64,000 nucleotides of DNA from a virus (IMGVR_UViG_3300029156_000001:64001-128000); one strand, 5' to 3'; shown: positions 36,836 through 46,474, counted from the stretch's first letter. Translations and numbers: made by a program. Notes: generated by a model not told the origin, from the letters alone.

Positions 36836-39045
36836 TGGCTGTGGCCTCTGGGCAGATGCCTTATGAGTTCGATACTCCTCTACCTATTCGTGCCCCGGCA
36901 GGTGCGTGGCCCGGAGTTGATACTCCCAACGTTGCGATGTCTGGTTTGACTATCGAACAGGCTATGTTCGTATACAATGCCGAACTACGTAAGTGGAATT
37001 TTCCAGATCAACTTAATCTACTTCAGTATAATCTCTATAACCATCCCGACATTACACCATCTAGCTTTGAGCCAAAAGCAAATGGCGATACCCTAGCTGG
37101 CCTTGTTGGAGGCCGTGCGTCACTTGAGTCTATCGATAACATTGAAAGGCTACGTAGACAACTCAATACGTTCCTATTTGATTTCTATACTGATGACACA
37201 GTTTATGGTACTGCTGATTTTCGGGAAGCATGGTTAAGTACGGCGTATCCAGAGAGTCCAAGCGGCTCACGGATTGTTGTCGAGACAAATCCTTCTATTC
37301 CTCTTTTTAGTCTCACGGGGCCTAACTTTTTACATCCGGCACTAGAAGATGTTACTGGTGGCGAATTCATTAGAACGACCGATACCCATTGGCTTGGCGG
37401 CTCTGGAGTTATCTTTGACATTGATTGCGGCGAGGTTGTTTTCAATCCTTTCCCATTTCCAAGAGAGCGTCAATTCTCTTCGCCAGTCAGTAGCACTCAA
37501 CGCTTTAGTTTTGGCCCTATCTATCCATTGGTACAAACAACGGCGGGGGCCCTGCCTTCTGTAGAAGTTTCACGTTATGACGACGTTACTGGAACAGACT
37601 TCTTAGAGAACGTGAATGTGAGTGCCATCAATTCTGGTCTAGTTGAGATTGATGGCTATGCTCTAGTTGATGGTACGACTATTGAGCTGGTGATTGGTAA
37701 CGATAGTAACATTGAAGCTACAGTGGGTTTCACAAGTGACTATACGGGGCACACGCAGGGGTTACGTGCCGTACGTGATGGTGCCGGTAAAAATGATCCA
37801 AGTGCTCGTTGTTATCGTACACCTACTGCTCAAAGTAGTGGGCTATATAGGGTTTTGACGCACAATCAAAAGGCGGATGTGCCGCATACGGCCATTCCAT
37901 CTGGCTTCGTAAGTATTTGGCCGCAGGGACTTGTGCGTAAAGTTGTCAATACCAGCGAGCTATATGTCAATAATTCTAACTTTATTCATGGACGAGAACT
38001 GACCGTCACTAGCGATGGCGGCCTACAACGTGTTGCTTCAGATTCAACTGGCCTTCATGTCATGGATGATTGTTTTTGGGTTACGACCCCTAATGATTCA
38101 GATGGAAGTGGATCATTAGATACACGCGGACTCTATATTGTTTCGCCCCATAACGGTGAAGCGGTATGGTATCGTCCAGCAGAGCTTGGTGTATCTACTA
38201 GTGGTACCACTGGTCCTGGTGGAGCCACCTTTAATGCACACCTTGGATTAGTTGATCTTGGTAGTGACTGGGTTCGTATTGCAAGAACATGCACTCAGTT
38301 CTTTGAGACCAATATTGGTACTCCGACACCCAACAGCGATAGAGTGATTACAACCGTACACTTTCAAAGGTACAATAAAACCAGCCTTGATCATACAGAA
38401 GAGTCTACACAGTATACATTAGAGGGCGAAGATGTGATTACCGCTCTTTTTTCTAGTGATGGTATCAATGGTGGACTAATTAGAGACGGCTCTGATGTAT
38501 ATATATACAGCACCAGTGATGTTGTTAGATTTGACACAAGTCTGAACTTTGTTGCCGGGTATGCTGCTCCAATTGCCGCTAGACGACATGTGGCCAATGG
38601 TCAATTGTTGTATACTATTACTGGCAGTATTGAAGTTAGTGATCCTATGCTTGATCCTGGTTTTGGAGGTGGTTTTACAAGTGGCATTGGAGTATGGACT
38701 AGAACTGAGCCTGCCGGTACGCCGAGTGATGGTCTTGGCAATATTACACATGATTCTGCTAAACCTTTTCGTGGCGAAACACACTTTGGTCTTGTGACCG
38801 GTAATGATATTGCGTGGCATACTATTTTTGATGTTACTGGTTCTACCCATGTGGCCGACGGTGTTTGGGGAATTTTACAAGTAGACACACCTTCGAGTAG
38901 ACTATACTTAGTACGGATTACTGAGGAGTCTGATTATTGGATGTGTCATGAGTCTATTAGATTGAATCACACTCCGGGCAGCATCCCTCCTGCTGATACT
39001 CCAGACGACTTCCCTTATGAAGCTGTGGTCTATGACATCGATTAG
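36835..39045 (+). CDS. Tail protein, possible receptor-binding protein
   Basis: 736 aa beta-rich; 3' part AT-richer. Confidence 0.5.
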   Translation: MAVASGQMPYEFDTPLPIRAPAGAWPGVDTPNVAMSGLTIEQAMFVYNAELRKWNFPDQLNLLQYNLYNHPDITPSSFEPKANGDTLAGLVGGRASLESIDNIERLRRQLNTFLFDFYTDDTVYGTADFREAWLSTAYPESPSGSRIVVETNPSIPLFSLTGPNFLHPALEDVTGGEFIRTTDTHWLGGSGVIFDIDCGEVVFNPFPFPRERQFSSPVSSTQRFSFGPIYPLVQTTAGALPSVEVSRYDDVTGTDFLENVNVSAINSGLVEIDGYALVDGTTIELVIGNDSNIEATVGFTSDYTGHTQGLRAVRDGAGKNDPSARCYRTPTAQSSGLYRVLTHNQKADVPHTAIPSGFVSIWPQGLVRKVVNTSELYVNNSNFIHGRELTVTSDGGLQRVASDSTGLHVMDDCFWVTTPNDSDGSGSLDTRGLYIVSPHNGEAVWYRPAELGVSTSGTTGPGGATFNAHLGLVDLGSDWVRIARTCTQFFETNIGTPTPNSDRVITTVHFQRYNKTSLDHTEESTQYTLEGEDVITALFSSDGINGGLIRDGSDVYIYSTSDVVRFDTSLNFVAGYAAPIAARRHVANGQLLYTITGSIEVSDPMLDPGFGGGFTSGIGVWTRTEPAGTPSDGLGNITHDSAKPFRGETHFGLVTGNDIAWHTIFDVTGSTHVADGVWGILQVDTPSSRLYLVRITEESDYWMCHESIRLNHTPGSIPPADTPDDFPYEAVVYDID

Positions 39046-39052
39046 TGTATTA
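39043..39052 (+). promoter_or_regulatory. TAGTGTATTA motif
   Basis: Exact copy overlapping a stop codon, 90 nt before ATG39142. Confidence 0.72.
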
Positions 39053-39141
39053 TCTAACAGACATTGGTGTGTATCATAGTCGGTCTCGAAGCAAAAGTTC
39101 CTTCGTAAAGGATAAGTGCTTTTTGGCTTAGGAGTTAAATA

Positions 39142-39822
39142 ATGGTATCTGGTATTAGATTTTTGGCTGGTTCTGGAGCAATGGGGAATACCATCGCAAC
39201 TTTGTATGCGAACGGTATGGCGACCATTGGTCTGGAAATCTTTAACTTTGAGGCCGGTGCGACCAGTAGCCCCAACCGTCTCGGATTCTTTGGAGCAAAC
39301 GGTGCCCCCAACAGTGCCGTGATTGTTGGTCAATATCAAGATCGTACGCATCGTACTGATCATGTTGGTACTGACCTTGGTCAAATGATCAACGTAAAAT
39401 TCACTGGAGCTTCTGCCGCTGAAGTTTCGGGCGTGACACTTGTAGAGACGGGCCATACTCTTGCGACCATTCCTCAAGAATCTGGTACGTTAGTATGTCG
39501 CTTCACGGAGCCAAATGGCACAGACGTTATCACACAGCAGGCCACATTCCGTGCCGTGAACTTTACAGCCGCCTCTGGTGTACCTGACATCAGTGATTTG
39601 GCCACAGGTATCACTGTACAGGCTGCTCAGTTGGCTGACACAAATGGCAATGCTGGCGATGCGTCTTGGTCTGAGGTTTCTAGTGGTGGTGCCGCACTAA
39701 GTCTTGCCGATCAAAGCACAGAGGTTCCCGTTCACGACTTCCATATGATCGTGGCTGGATCGCCTTCGGCGGCCGGTCGCAAGATCAATTTCGGCTATGT
39801 TGTACAGCTAGAGTTCCTGTAA
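39142..39822 (+). CDS. Virion structural protein (last gene of the late module)
   Basis: 226 aa Gly/Ala/Thr-rich; own promoter motif, SD AGGAG and terminator. Confidence 0.6.
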   Translation: MVSGIRFLAGSGAMGNTIATLYANGMATIGLEIFNFEAGATSSPNRLGFFGANGAPNSAVIVGQYQDRTHRTDHVGTDLGQMINVKFTGASAAEVSGVTLVETGHTLATIPQESGTLVCRFTEPNGTDVITQQATFRAVNFTAASGVPDISDLATGITVQAAQLADTNGNAGDASWSEVSSGGAALSLADQSTEVPVHDFHMIVAGSPSAAGRKINFGYVVQLEFL

Positions 39823-39849
39823 AAACTACCGTCACGGTAACACATAAGG

Positions 39850-39880
39850 CCCGAGAAGTTTCGTCACTTCTCGGGTTTTT
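39850..39880 (+). terminator. Terminator closing the structural module
   Basis: CCCGAGAAG/CTTCTCGGG perfect 9-bp stem followed by T5. Confidence 0.85.
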
Positions 39881-39883
39881 GTA

Positions 39884-39911
39884 TTGACGTTCTTGACGCT
39901 CTACGTATCAT
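39884..39911 (+). promoter_or_regulatory. Sigma70-like promoter opening the replication module
   Basis: TTGACG(39884)-N16-TATCAT(39906), directly after the terminator. Confidence 0.55.
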
Positions 39912-39961
39912 GTGTGTGCCATCCGTCGTGCTGATCTTTCACCTTCGGCTTTGGAGAACAT

Positions 39962-40420
39962 ATGACCCTAGCTTTTAATTCCAAGCACCCTCACGTCCCG
40001 AAACCTAGCCAGGACCACACAGCAAGCCGTTGGATCGCCTCTCTGTCCGACGGTTCGACTGTATTTGAGGACACAACCCCCAACGAACGTTCTGCTTGGT
40101 TACGTCTTATAGACTACGTACGTGCTCAGAAGCTCAAGGTGACAAACCTGCGACTTGAGGCATACAATCGTAATGTAGTCTTGGTTCCCTACAAGGACAA
40201 CGAGGGCCGATCTCAGGTTAACGGCTACTGGCACAGTAAACAACTGACCGCTCTACTACATGAGGGCGGTGTCATTCAGTCGGGGTGTCATGGCATCGGC
40301 ATTTTGAAGGGACTAGAGATTTGGATTACCTGGGTACATGAAGATGGTACCACTAGGCAAGAAATCAGGCCATACAAAAAGGGCGACAAGGCTGTCATTG
40401 TCAACGATCCCCCCGCATGA
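39962..40420 (+). CDS. Hypothetical protein
   Basis: 152 aa, SD GGAG. Confidence 0.75.
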   Translation: MTLAFNSKHPHVPKPSQDHTASRWIASLSDGSTVFEDTTPNERSAWLRLIDYVRAQKLKVTNLRLEAYNRNVVLVPYKDNEGRSQVNGYWHSKQLTALLHEGGVIQSGCHGIGILKGLEIWITWVHEDGTTRQEIRPYKKGDKAVIVNDPPA

Positions 40421-40848
40421 AGTATCCTTCGTTGACAACCCCCGACATTGAACATGACGCTGCCAACCTACTGGCAGAGTTCATGTGGCTCAATCAAGAC
40501 GTACGATCAGACGTTTATCCTTGGCGTGGCGAGCACGCTAAAGAGTGGGGCAAACTGGTATCTGCTCTCAAAAAACTAATGAAGGAGCCGTACGGACTAT
40601 CAGCCGGGCAGCTTGCATTCTACATTTGGCAATGTAAGCCACGGCGTATTGATCCAAAACAGTTTGCAAGAATGGCGGTTGTGGCACGACGCCTCTTTGA
40701 TAACTATGACCTAGAACAAGTTTCCAGACTCTATATTGGCTGGCAACGCGAACTTGCATCCTCCGGGCTGGAGCGAGTTAAGTACAAAGAGAAAAAGCCT
40801 AAGACACTGTTGACGTTTTTGAGGGAGTTAGAACATGGCCAAACGTAA
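40417..40848 (+). CDS. Hypothetical protein
   Basis: 143 aa, ATGA coupling. Confidence 0.75.
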   Translation: MKYPSLTTPDIEHDAANLLAEFMWLNQDVRSDVYPWRGEHAKEWGKLVSALKKLMKEPYGLSAGQLAFYIWQCKPRRIDPKQFARMAVVARRLFDNYDLEQVSRLYIGWQRELASSGLERVKYKEKKPKTLLTFLRELEHGQT

Positions 40849-42001
40849 GCCTGTGGTAGTAGAAGATGAGTTGCCCGTTGTACCTAACTTCGGCTTTTTC
40901 AAGCGAACGGTTGAAACAGATGGCGTACGGGTAATGTCAGCCGAGGAGGTTGGCGACCCAGACCCCAACCGTAGTGGCTCATATAATCTGGACTATGATT
41001 TGGCCGTTCCATTTCCAGAAGGTAGAATCACAGAAGTCTTTGGTGAAGAAGGAACCTGCAAGACCACCCTAACTCTTGAGGCGGCCGGTCGAGCCCTCCA
41101 GGCGGGCAAGATTGTTCTCTATGTCAACATGGAGAAAAACCTAAACCTATCGCTGCTACGCACGGTACGCACCCTGAGACCGTACATTGATGCAGCTATC
41201 GAACAAATGGAGAATGGTGGCGAGGGCAAATGTCCATTGTGGATTGTCAATGCCTCTAACGGCGAGCAAGCTTTCGAGGCCCTGAGGAAGTTCGCAGCGA
41301 TGGTTCCGGGCGGCATCGGCATCCTAGATTCAATCGACGCCGCACAACCGGCAGCGGTGCTCTCTGGCGAGATTGGCGAGCAGAAGGTTGGCAATCTAGC
41401 CAAGCTCATGTCCGACGCCATGCGAAAGCTTATTGGCGTCTGCGAGGAGAATCGGGTAGCTCTTATCTTCGTGAACCAGATCCGCGACAAGATCACCATG
41501 TACGGAGATCCCACGGACACCCCTGGTGGCCGTGCTCTCAAGTTCTATGCCTCACAGAGAATTAGGCTTTTCAAGCCTCGCAAACAAGACTGGATTTTGG
41601 ATCTCGATAAGGAACGCATTGGAAGTGTGATTCGCTATAAGGTTATCAAGAACAAGGTGGCTCCAGACGGTAACGAAGGGGCCTTTCCGATTCTTTTCAA
41701 GAATGGTATCTTTAGAGAACAGGAACTTGTGACACAGGCTTGTAACTTTGGCCTACTTCGTATGGGGGGCAAGGGTGGCAAGCAAGTGTATCTGCCAAAG
41801 CTTGACAGGGAGACTGGCGAATACATCATGGAGAAAGATGAGTTAGTCACGACCTGCATGAGTCAGTTCAATGCTGCCCGACGACTACTAATGGATTCTT
41901 CTCTAGTTGAGAAGCTCGATAAAGACATTCAAGCACTATTCACCCCCGGAGGCCACGATCCAATTGATGATCTGGTAGATGAAGTTCAAGACCCTCAGTA
42001 A
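40835..42001 (+). CDS. recA: RecA-like recombinase
   Basis: GRITEVFGEEGTCKTT, LDSIDA, IFVNQIRDKI, TPGGRALKFYAS, KVIKNKVAP. Confidence 0.93.
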   Translation: MAKRKPVVVEDELPVVPNFGFFKRTVETDGVRVMSAEEVGDPDPNRSGSYNLDYDLAVPFPEGRITEVFGEEGTCKTTLTLEAAGRALQAGKIVLYVNMEKNLNLSLLRTVRTLRPYIDAAIEQMENGGEGKCPLWIVNASNGEQAFEALRKFAAMVPGGIGILDSIDAAQPAAVLSGEIGEQKVGNLAKLMSDAMRKLIGVCEENRVALIFVNQIRDKITMYGDPTDTPGGRALKFYASQRIRLFKPRKQDWILDLDKERIGSVIRYKVIKNKVAPDGNEGAFPILFKNGIFREQELVTQACNFGLLRMGGKGGKQVYLPKLDRETGEYIMEKDELVTTCMSQFNAARRLLMDSSLVEKLDKDIQALFTPGGHDPIDDLVDEVQDPQ

Positions 42002-42392
42002 TCGTGAAGTACGTATGGAGATTTTGCCAGAACGATATCCCATGCGTACCAGAGAGCAATGCAAGTCGGCTGGCCAATATATGTTGGGTCGGCTTTTGCG
42101 TCGTATCTATGGTTTTCACGCTTTGATCTTAGAGGAGTTCCCTTTGCCAGAAGAAAGACTATGGTTAGACTTTTTTATGCCCCACTATGGTTTGGGTTTT
42201 GAGTATCAAGGCAGACAACACGATGAGTTTGTCAAGCTATTTCATGGCGACAAAAAGGGCTTTGAAAAATCAAAGGCACGCGACAATAGAAAAAGAACAT
42301 GGTGTGAACTCAACGAAGTAACACTAATTGAAGTACGTGGTAACATTTCAGTCGAAGATCTACAAAAACTAATCGAAGTATCACATGGCTAA
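41979..42392 (+). CDS. DUF559/Vsr-like endonuclease
   Basis: LDFFMPHYGLGFEYQGRQH...RDNRKRTWCELNEVTLIEV. Confidence 0.75.
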   Translation: MKFKTLSNREVRMEILPERYPMRTREQCKSAGQYMLGRLLRRIYGFHALILEEFPLPEERLWLDFFMPHYGLGFEYQGRQHDEFVKLFHGDKKGFEKSKARDNRKRTWCELNEVTLIEVRGNISVEDLQKLIEVSHG

Positions 42393-43836
42393 CATTGCAG
42401 CAGAAAAAGTCTTCCTTGCGGGGGTTGCCAAACACCCACAAAAATTGTTTGAGTTTGTTGAATATCTGGATGAGGAGGACTTTCAACACTCAGCCACTCG
42501 CATGACGTTTGAGGCCATGCGTTCTCTCGTTATTGATAAGGAAGCAGAGAAGATCTCTAAGGCAAAGCTCGTGGCTGAGGCGAGAGCACTTGGGCATCAG
42601 AACTACTTGTCAGCGACGAAGAATGGACAATGGATTGATGAGCTTCTTGTTGAGGAGGTTGCTGAGCATGAGGTAGACTCTCATTTTCTAGAGGTAAAGC
42701 GGCAGTCACTCAAAGATCAGTATAGGACAAGCTTCCAAGACCTGAGCGATTATCTGTCTGCCACCGACGACCCCTTGTCGATCATGATTGGTAAGGTGGA
42801 GCAGTCGATCATCAATAAGGTGAACATGATCGACAAGGGCGAGCATGCCATTGTCGATATGAGGGAGGGTTTCTGGGACTTCATTGACAGCGTGGCAGAC
42901 GATCCGGGCCACCTAGGCTTGGATCTTGGCTACCCACTTTGGCAGGAACGCATTGGTCAGGTGCGTAACGGAGCGATTACGTTTTTGGTTGCGACTACCA
43001 AAGCGGGCAAGAGTCAGTTTGGTATGCGGGCAGCTATTACGGCAGCACGTAAAGGGCTGCCGGTGCTGTATCTCGACAGTGAGCTAAACAAGCACGATCA
43101 ATGGATTCGTCAGGCCGCCATGTTGACGAAGGTTCCATCTGAGTATATCGAGACGGGCTTTTGGAACATGACCGAGGCTCAGCTTATTGAACAGGGCGTC
43201 ACTGATCCTTCGCAGAGAGATGAGATTATTGCCTACGGCAAACGACTCAGGGATCCGAGGGTGCGTGAGGCCGTTCAGAAGATGCCGATTTACTATCAGT
43301 CAATCAGTGGCCTGAACGTTGCCGATGTAATTCCTCACATGAGACGTTGGCTACTAACACACGTTAAGCCTGACCGTGAAACTCGTGTGCCGCAATGTCT
43401 GATCATCTATGATTACATCAAGCTTACGATGACCGATGAAGTGCGACGAGGAGTCTTGCAAGAGTGGCAACAGCACGGCCTCAATGTTGCCGAGCTACAC
43501 GACTTTGCTAACAAGTACAATATCCCCATGATGGCTTTTGGTCAGACGAACAACGAGATTGATGACAACCTACGCTGTGTGGCTGGTGCTAAACGAATCA
43601 GTGAAAACGTCGATTCTATCACTTTGTTTAAACGCAAAACTGATCGTGAACTTGCTGAGGATGGAACCGGCACACACCTTGTACGTATTTTTGCTGCACG
43701 TTATGGTCGTGCCCTCAATAATGCCTACATCAATTTCCAAGCAGATCTAAGCTGTGGTGATTTTGAAGAACTAGACATTGGTAGTGTAGCCCCGCCGCAA
43801 CAGCAAACGAACAATGATGACGACGATGAAGACTAA
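42385..43836 (+). CDS. dnaB: Replicative DNA helicase, DnaB-like
   Basis: ATTKAGKS Walker A, VLYLDSEL, IIYDYIKL, ARYG arginine finger; N-terminal helical domain. Confidence 0.85.
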   Translation: MANIAAEKVFLAGVAKHPQKLFEFVEYLDEEDFQHSATRMTFEAMRSLVIDKEAEKISKAKLVAEARALGHQNYLSATKNGQWIDELLVEEVAEHEVDSHFLEVKRQSLKDQYRTSFQDLSDYLSATDDPLSIMIGKVEQSIINKVNMIDKGEHAIVDMREGFWDFIDSVADDPGHLGLDLGYPLWQERIGQVRNGAITFLVATTKAGKSQFGMRAAITAARKGLPVLYLDSELNKHDQWIRQAAMLTKVPSEYIETGFWNMTEAQLIEQGVTDPSQRDEIIAYGKRLRDPRVREAVQKMPIYYQSISGLNVADVIPHMRRWLLTHVKPDRETRVPQCLIIYDYIKLTMTDEVRRGVLQEWQQHGLNVAELHDFANKYNIPMMAFGQTNNEIDDNLRCVAGAKRISENVDSITLFKRKTDRELAEDGTGTHLVRIFAARYGRALNNAYINFQADLSCGDFEELDIGSVAPPQQQTNNDDDDED

Positions 43837-44905
43837 AGTCACTCCAGAGAAAAAGCGTGCGATTCGTAATCATGCAAATCGTAATATCACCTATCTGTTA
43901 GATCAGATGGGGGTAGTGTTTGATGATCGTGGAGACGGCTTAATCCAGGCGTGTTGTCCATGTTCTCAACACGGAGGAGATCGCGATAATCATACGGCGT
44001 GGAGTTGGCGTATCGATCTAGGTAGATGGGTTTGCTGGTCTCATGCCTGTGAAGAAACTCGTGGGAACGATATCTTTGGATTAGTTAGTAGTATCAAGGG
44101 GACCAATTTTCCGCAGACGGTCAATTGGATCATTCAGACGCTTGAGAAGCGAGAGGTCAATCTTGATGAGGCTGCCCCCGATCCTGAAAACTTCCAGCGT
44201 GAACGCACACTACATATTCATGAGCCACTAGCCGAGAATAACCTACAGTTTTTGAATCCTGATCCAGTTTACTTATTGAATCGTAACTTTGATATTGAAG
44301 TGTTACGTCGATACGAGATTGGATACTGGAGTCGTGTTGGTACATATATGAATGACCGTGTTGTATTTCCTGTACGTGATCATGATGGTCACCTTGTAGC
44401 GTACAGTGGTCGCACGGTTCATCCCAAAGAGTATTTTGAGAACCGTGGCATTAAGTATGCCAAATGGGTACATGGTCGTCACTATAATCGTTGGCCTCAG
44501 CGTGGCGACCTTTTCACTAGTTCGATTCTTTACAATCTATTTCGTGCCAAGCGTTTTCTACCACAGATGACTCGTTTGATCTTGGTGGAAGGACCACTGG
44601 ACGGCATGAAGCTGGAGGAAGCCGGTATTCATAATTGGGTAGCTACGCTTGGCACGAAGTTTAGTGCTGTGCATCGTTCCCTCTTAGTGAAATACGGTGT
44701 GACAGATCTATACGTTGCCTATGACAATGATGATCCCGAAAAATACAAAGACAACAAAAGTCCCGGTGAAGAGGGCTGGAAACGTCTAGAGCGTATTGTT
44801 GGTGATCTCTTGAATTTGCATCGTGTCATTCTTCCCGAGGACAAAGATTGTGGCGACCTAGAAGTAGAACAATTACAACAAATCTTTAGAGGTATATCAT
44901 GTTAA
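43826..44905 (+). CDS. dnaG: DNA primase
   Basis: Zn domain (CPCSQH...WVCWSHAC), RVVFPVRD...YSGR, TOPRIM LVEGPLD, LGT, YDND, KDCGD. Confidence 0.9.
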   Translation: MKTKVTPEKKRAIRNHANRNITYLLDQMGVVFDDRGDGLIQACCPCSQHGGDRDNHTAWSWRIDLGRWVCWSHACEETRGNDIFGLVSSIKGTNFPQTVNWIIQTLEKREVNLDEAAPDPENFQRERTLHIHEPLAENNLQFLNPDPVYLLNRNFDIEVLRRYEIGYWSRVGTYMNDRVVFPVRDHDGHLVAYSGRTVHPKEYFENRGIKYAKWVHGRHYNRWPQRGDLFTSSILYNLFRAKRFLPQMTRLILVEGPLDGMKLEEAGIHNWVATLGTKFSAVHRSLLVKYGVTDLYVAYDNDDPEKYKDNKSPGEEGWKRLERIVGDLLNLHRVILPEDKDCGDLEVEQLQQIFRGISC

Positions 44906-45873
44906 AACTGAAATCTATTTCGCCTAGCCGTATCAAGACATTTGATATGTGCAAATTCAAATATTGGTTAACGTACTGTTGTCCAGACGTTACACTGAAA
45001 TCAAATTGGGGTGCAGCACACGGTTCTCTTGTTCACGACATTCTAGAGAACTACTCAAATGGGAACGATACCGATCCTATTGGTAGACTGTATCGTGGCT
45101 ATGGAGGCTCGCTTGAAACTCTGGATCGTTATCAGAAACCAGAAGTCATGGAGACGCCACTTGTTTGGGCGAAGACCAAAGACTACGCTGACAAAAAGCC
45201 GTACTGTGATAATTGTCCATATGTAAAGGTAGACGAAGGCATCTGTGGTATTTCGCGAGAGTCCTTGAATAATCTACCCGGTTGTCCCCGTGATTTGTTC
45301 GATGGTTCTATCTCAATGGTTGAGAGAACAATTGATCGTTACAAGGAGATCTGGGAAAAGACGCTACGTGATCCAAAGGGCGTACCCGTGGGGTATGAGT
45401 ATGGTTTTCGTAACAAGGTCCCCGGTACAGACGTGCCGATGATTGGTTATATGGACCTTGTGTTTGAAGAGAGCCCTGATACCGTTCATGTCGTTGACTA
45501 TAAGACGGGTACATGGACCCAAGACTACGACCAGTGCCGTGAGGACATTCAGGTTAGAATGTACTCGTTAGCTAGTAGACGAGAGTTCATTGATGACATC
45601 AATGGTATTGGTTACAATTACAAAAACGTTGTGTTGACGTTTGACTACTTCACGAAGTCGCCCATTACAGTGGCGTTTTCGGCAGAAGAAGATCTTGAAA
45701 CAGAAAAATATGTCAGGGATAAGATCCATGAGATCGAGTCTACTGACTGGATTAATCGTATTGTTAGGAGCAACAACGATTTCACGGAACGTTGGGCGTG
45801 GAAGTGTCGTTCTCTCTGTGATCCGGAAGTGTGTGCGGATAAGTGGAAAGGGAGTTTTCAAACTAATGGCTAG
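44899..45873 (+). CDS. PD-(D/E)XK nuclease (AddB/Cas4-like)
   Basis: SPSRIKTFDMCKFKY, HGSLVH, GYMDLV...VVDYKTG, YSLA, C-terminal CRSLCDPEVC. Confidence 0.85.
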   Translation: MLKLKSISPSRIKTFDMCKFKYWLTYCCPDVTLKSNWGAAHGSLVHDILENYSNGNDTDPIGRLYRGYGGSLETLDRYQKPEVMETPLVWAKTKDYADKKPYCDNCPYVKVDEGICGISRESLNNLPGCPRDLFDGSISMVERTIDRYKEIWEKTLRDPKGVPVGYEYGFRNKVPGTDVPMIGYMDLVFEESPDTVHVVDYKTGTWTQDYDQCREDIQVRMYSLASRREFIDDINGIGYNYKNVVLTFDYFTKSPITVAFSAEEDLETEKYVRDKIHEIESTDWINRIVRSNNDFTERWAWKCRSLCDPEVCADKWKGSFQTNG

Positions 45874-46474
45874 AATTAGTAAAGATTGGGTCGAAGCGTA
45901 TTTCCAGTACGGAGTTGACGTTCGTAATCGTCGTGTCATTTTGATGGATCACGTTGATGAGGACAGTATTGGTTATGTGATCAAGGGCCTATATTTAATG
46001 GAGGCAGACGTTACTGCCAAACAACGCGAGAGTGGTAACATTCCCCCTATTGAATTATTGGTTGGTTCCTTTGGCGGTAGTGAATATGAAATGTGGGCCC
46101 TGTATGATGTGATTGGTACTTTGGATTCGCCCATTCATACTACAGCCATTGGTAAATGTATGAGTGCGGCACCCCTACTGGTTGCTCGTGGAGAGGTTGG
46201 CCATCGATATGCTACGCCGAATACATGGTTCATGGTTCATCAATCTCTTGCGGGCGTGGACGACGATATGCGAGTTGACGAACTGGCTGAAGAAATCAAA
46301 CATTACAATGCCATGGGCGATAGATGGTATGAGTTGATGGAGGCACACACTAATAAGTCTGCCGATTTCTGGCGTCAACAATGTGAGCGTGTTGGAGATA
46401 AGTTCTTTGACGCCTATCAAGCTCAAGAGTGGGGGCTGATTGATCACGTATGGGATCAGAAGGATGGTGAGTGA
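45866..46474 (+). CDS. clpP: ClpP-family serine protease
   Basis: SFGGS, GKCMSAA (Ser), FMVHQ (His), DKFFDAYQAQEWGLID; likely start ATG45866. Confidence 0.88.
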   Translation: MARISKDWVEAYFQYGVDVRNRRVILMDHVDEDSIGYVIKGLYLMEADVTAKQRESGNIPPIELLVGSFGGSEYEMWALYDVIGTLDSPIHTTAIGKCMSAAPLLVARGEVGHRYATPNTWFMVHQSLAGVDDDMRVDELAEEIKHYNAMGDRWYELMEAHTNKSADFWRQQCERVGDKFFDAYQAQEWGLIDHVWDQKDGE

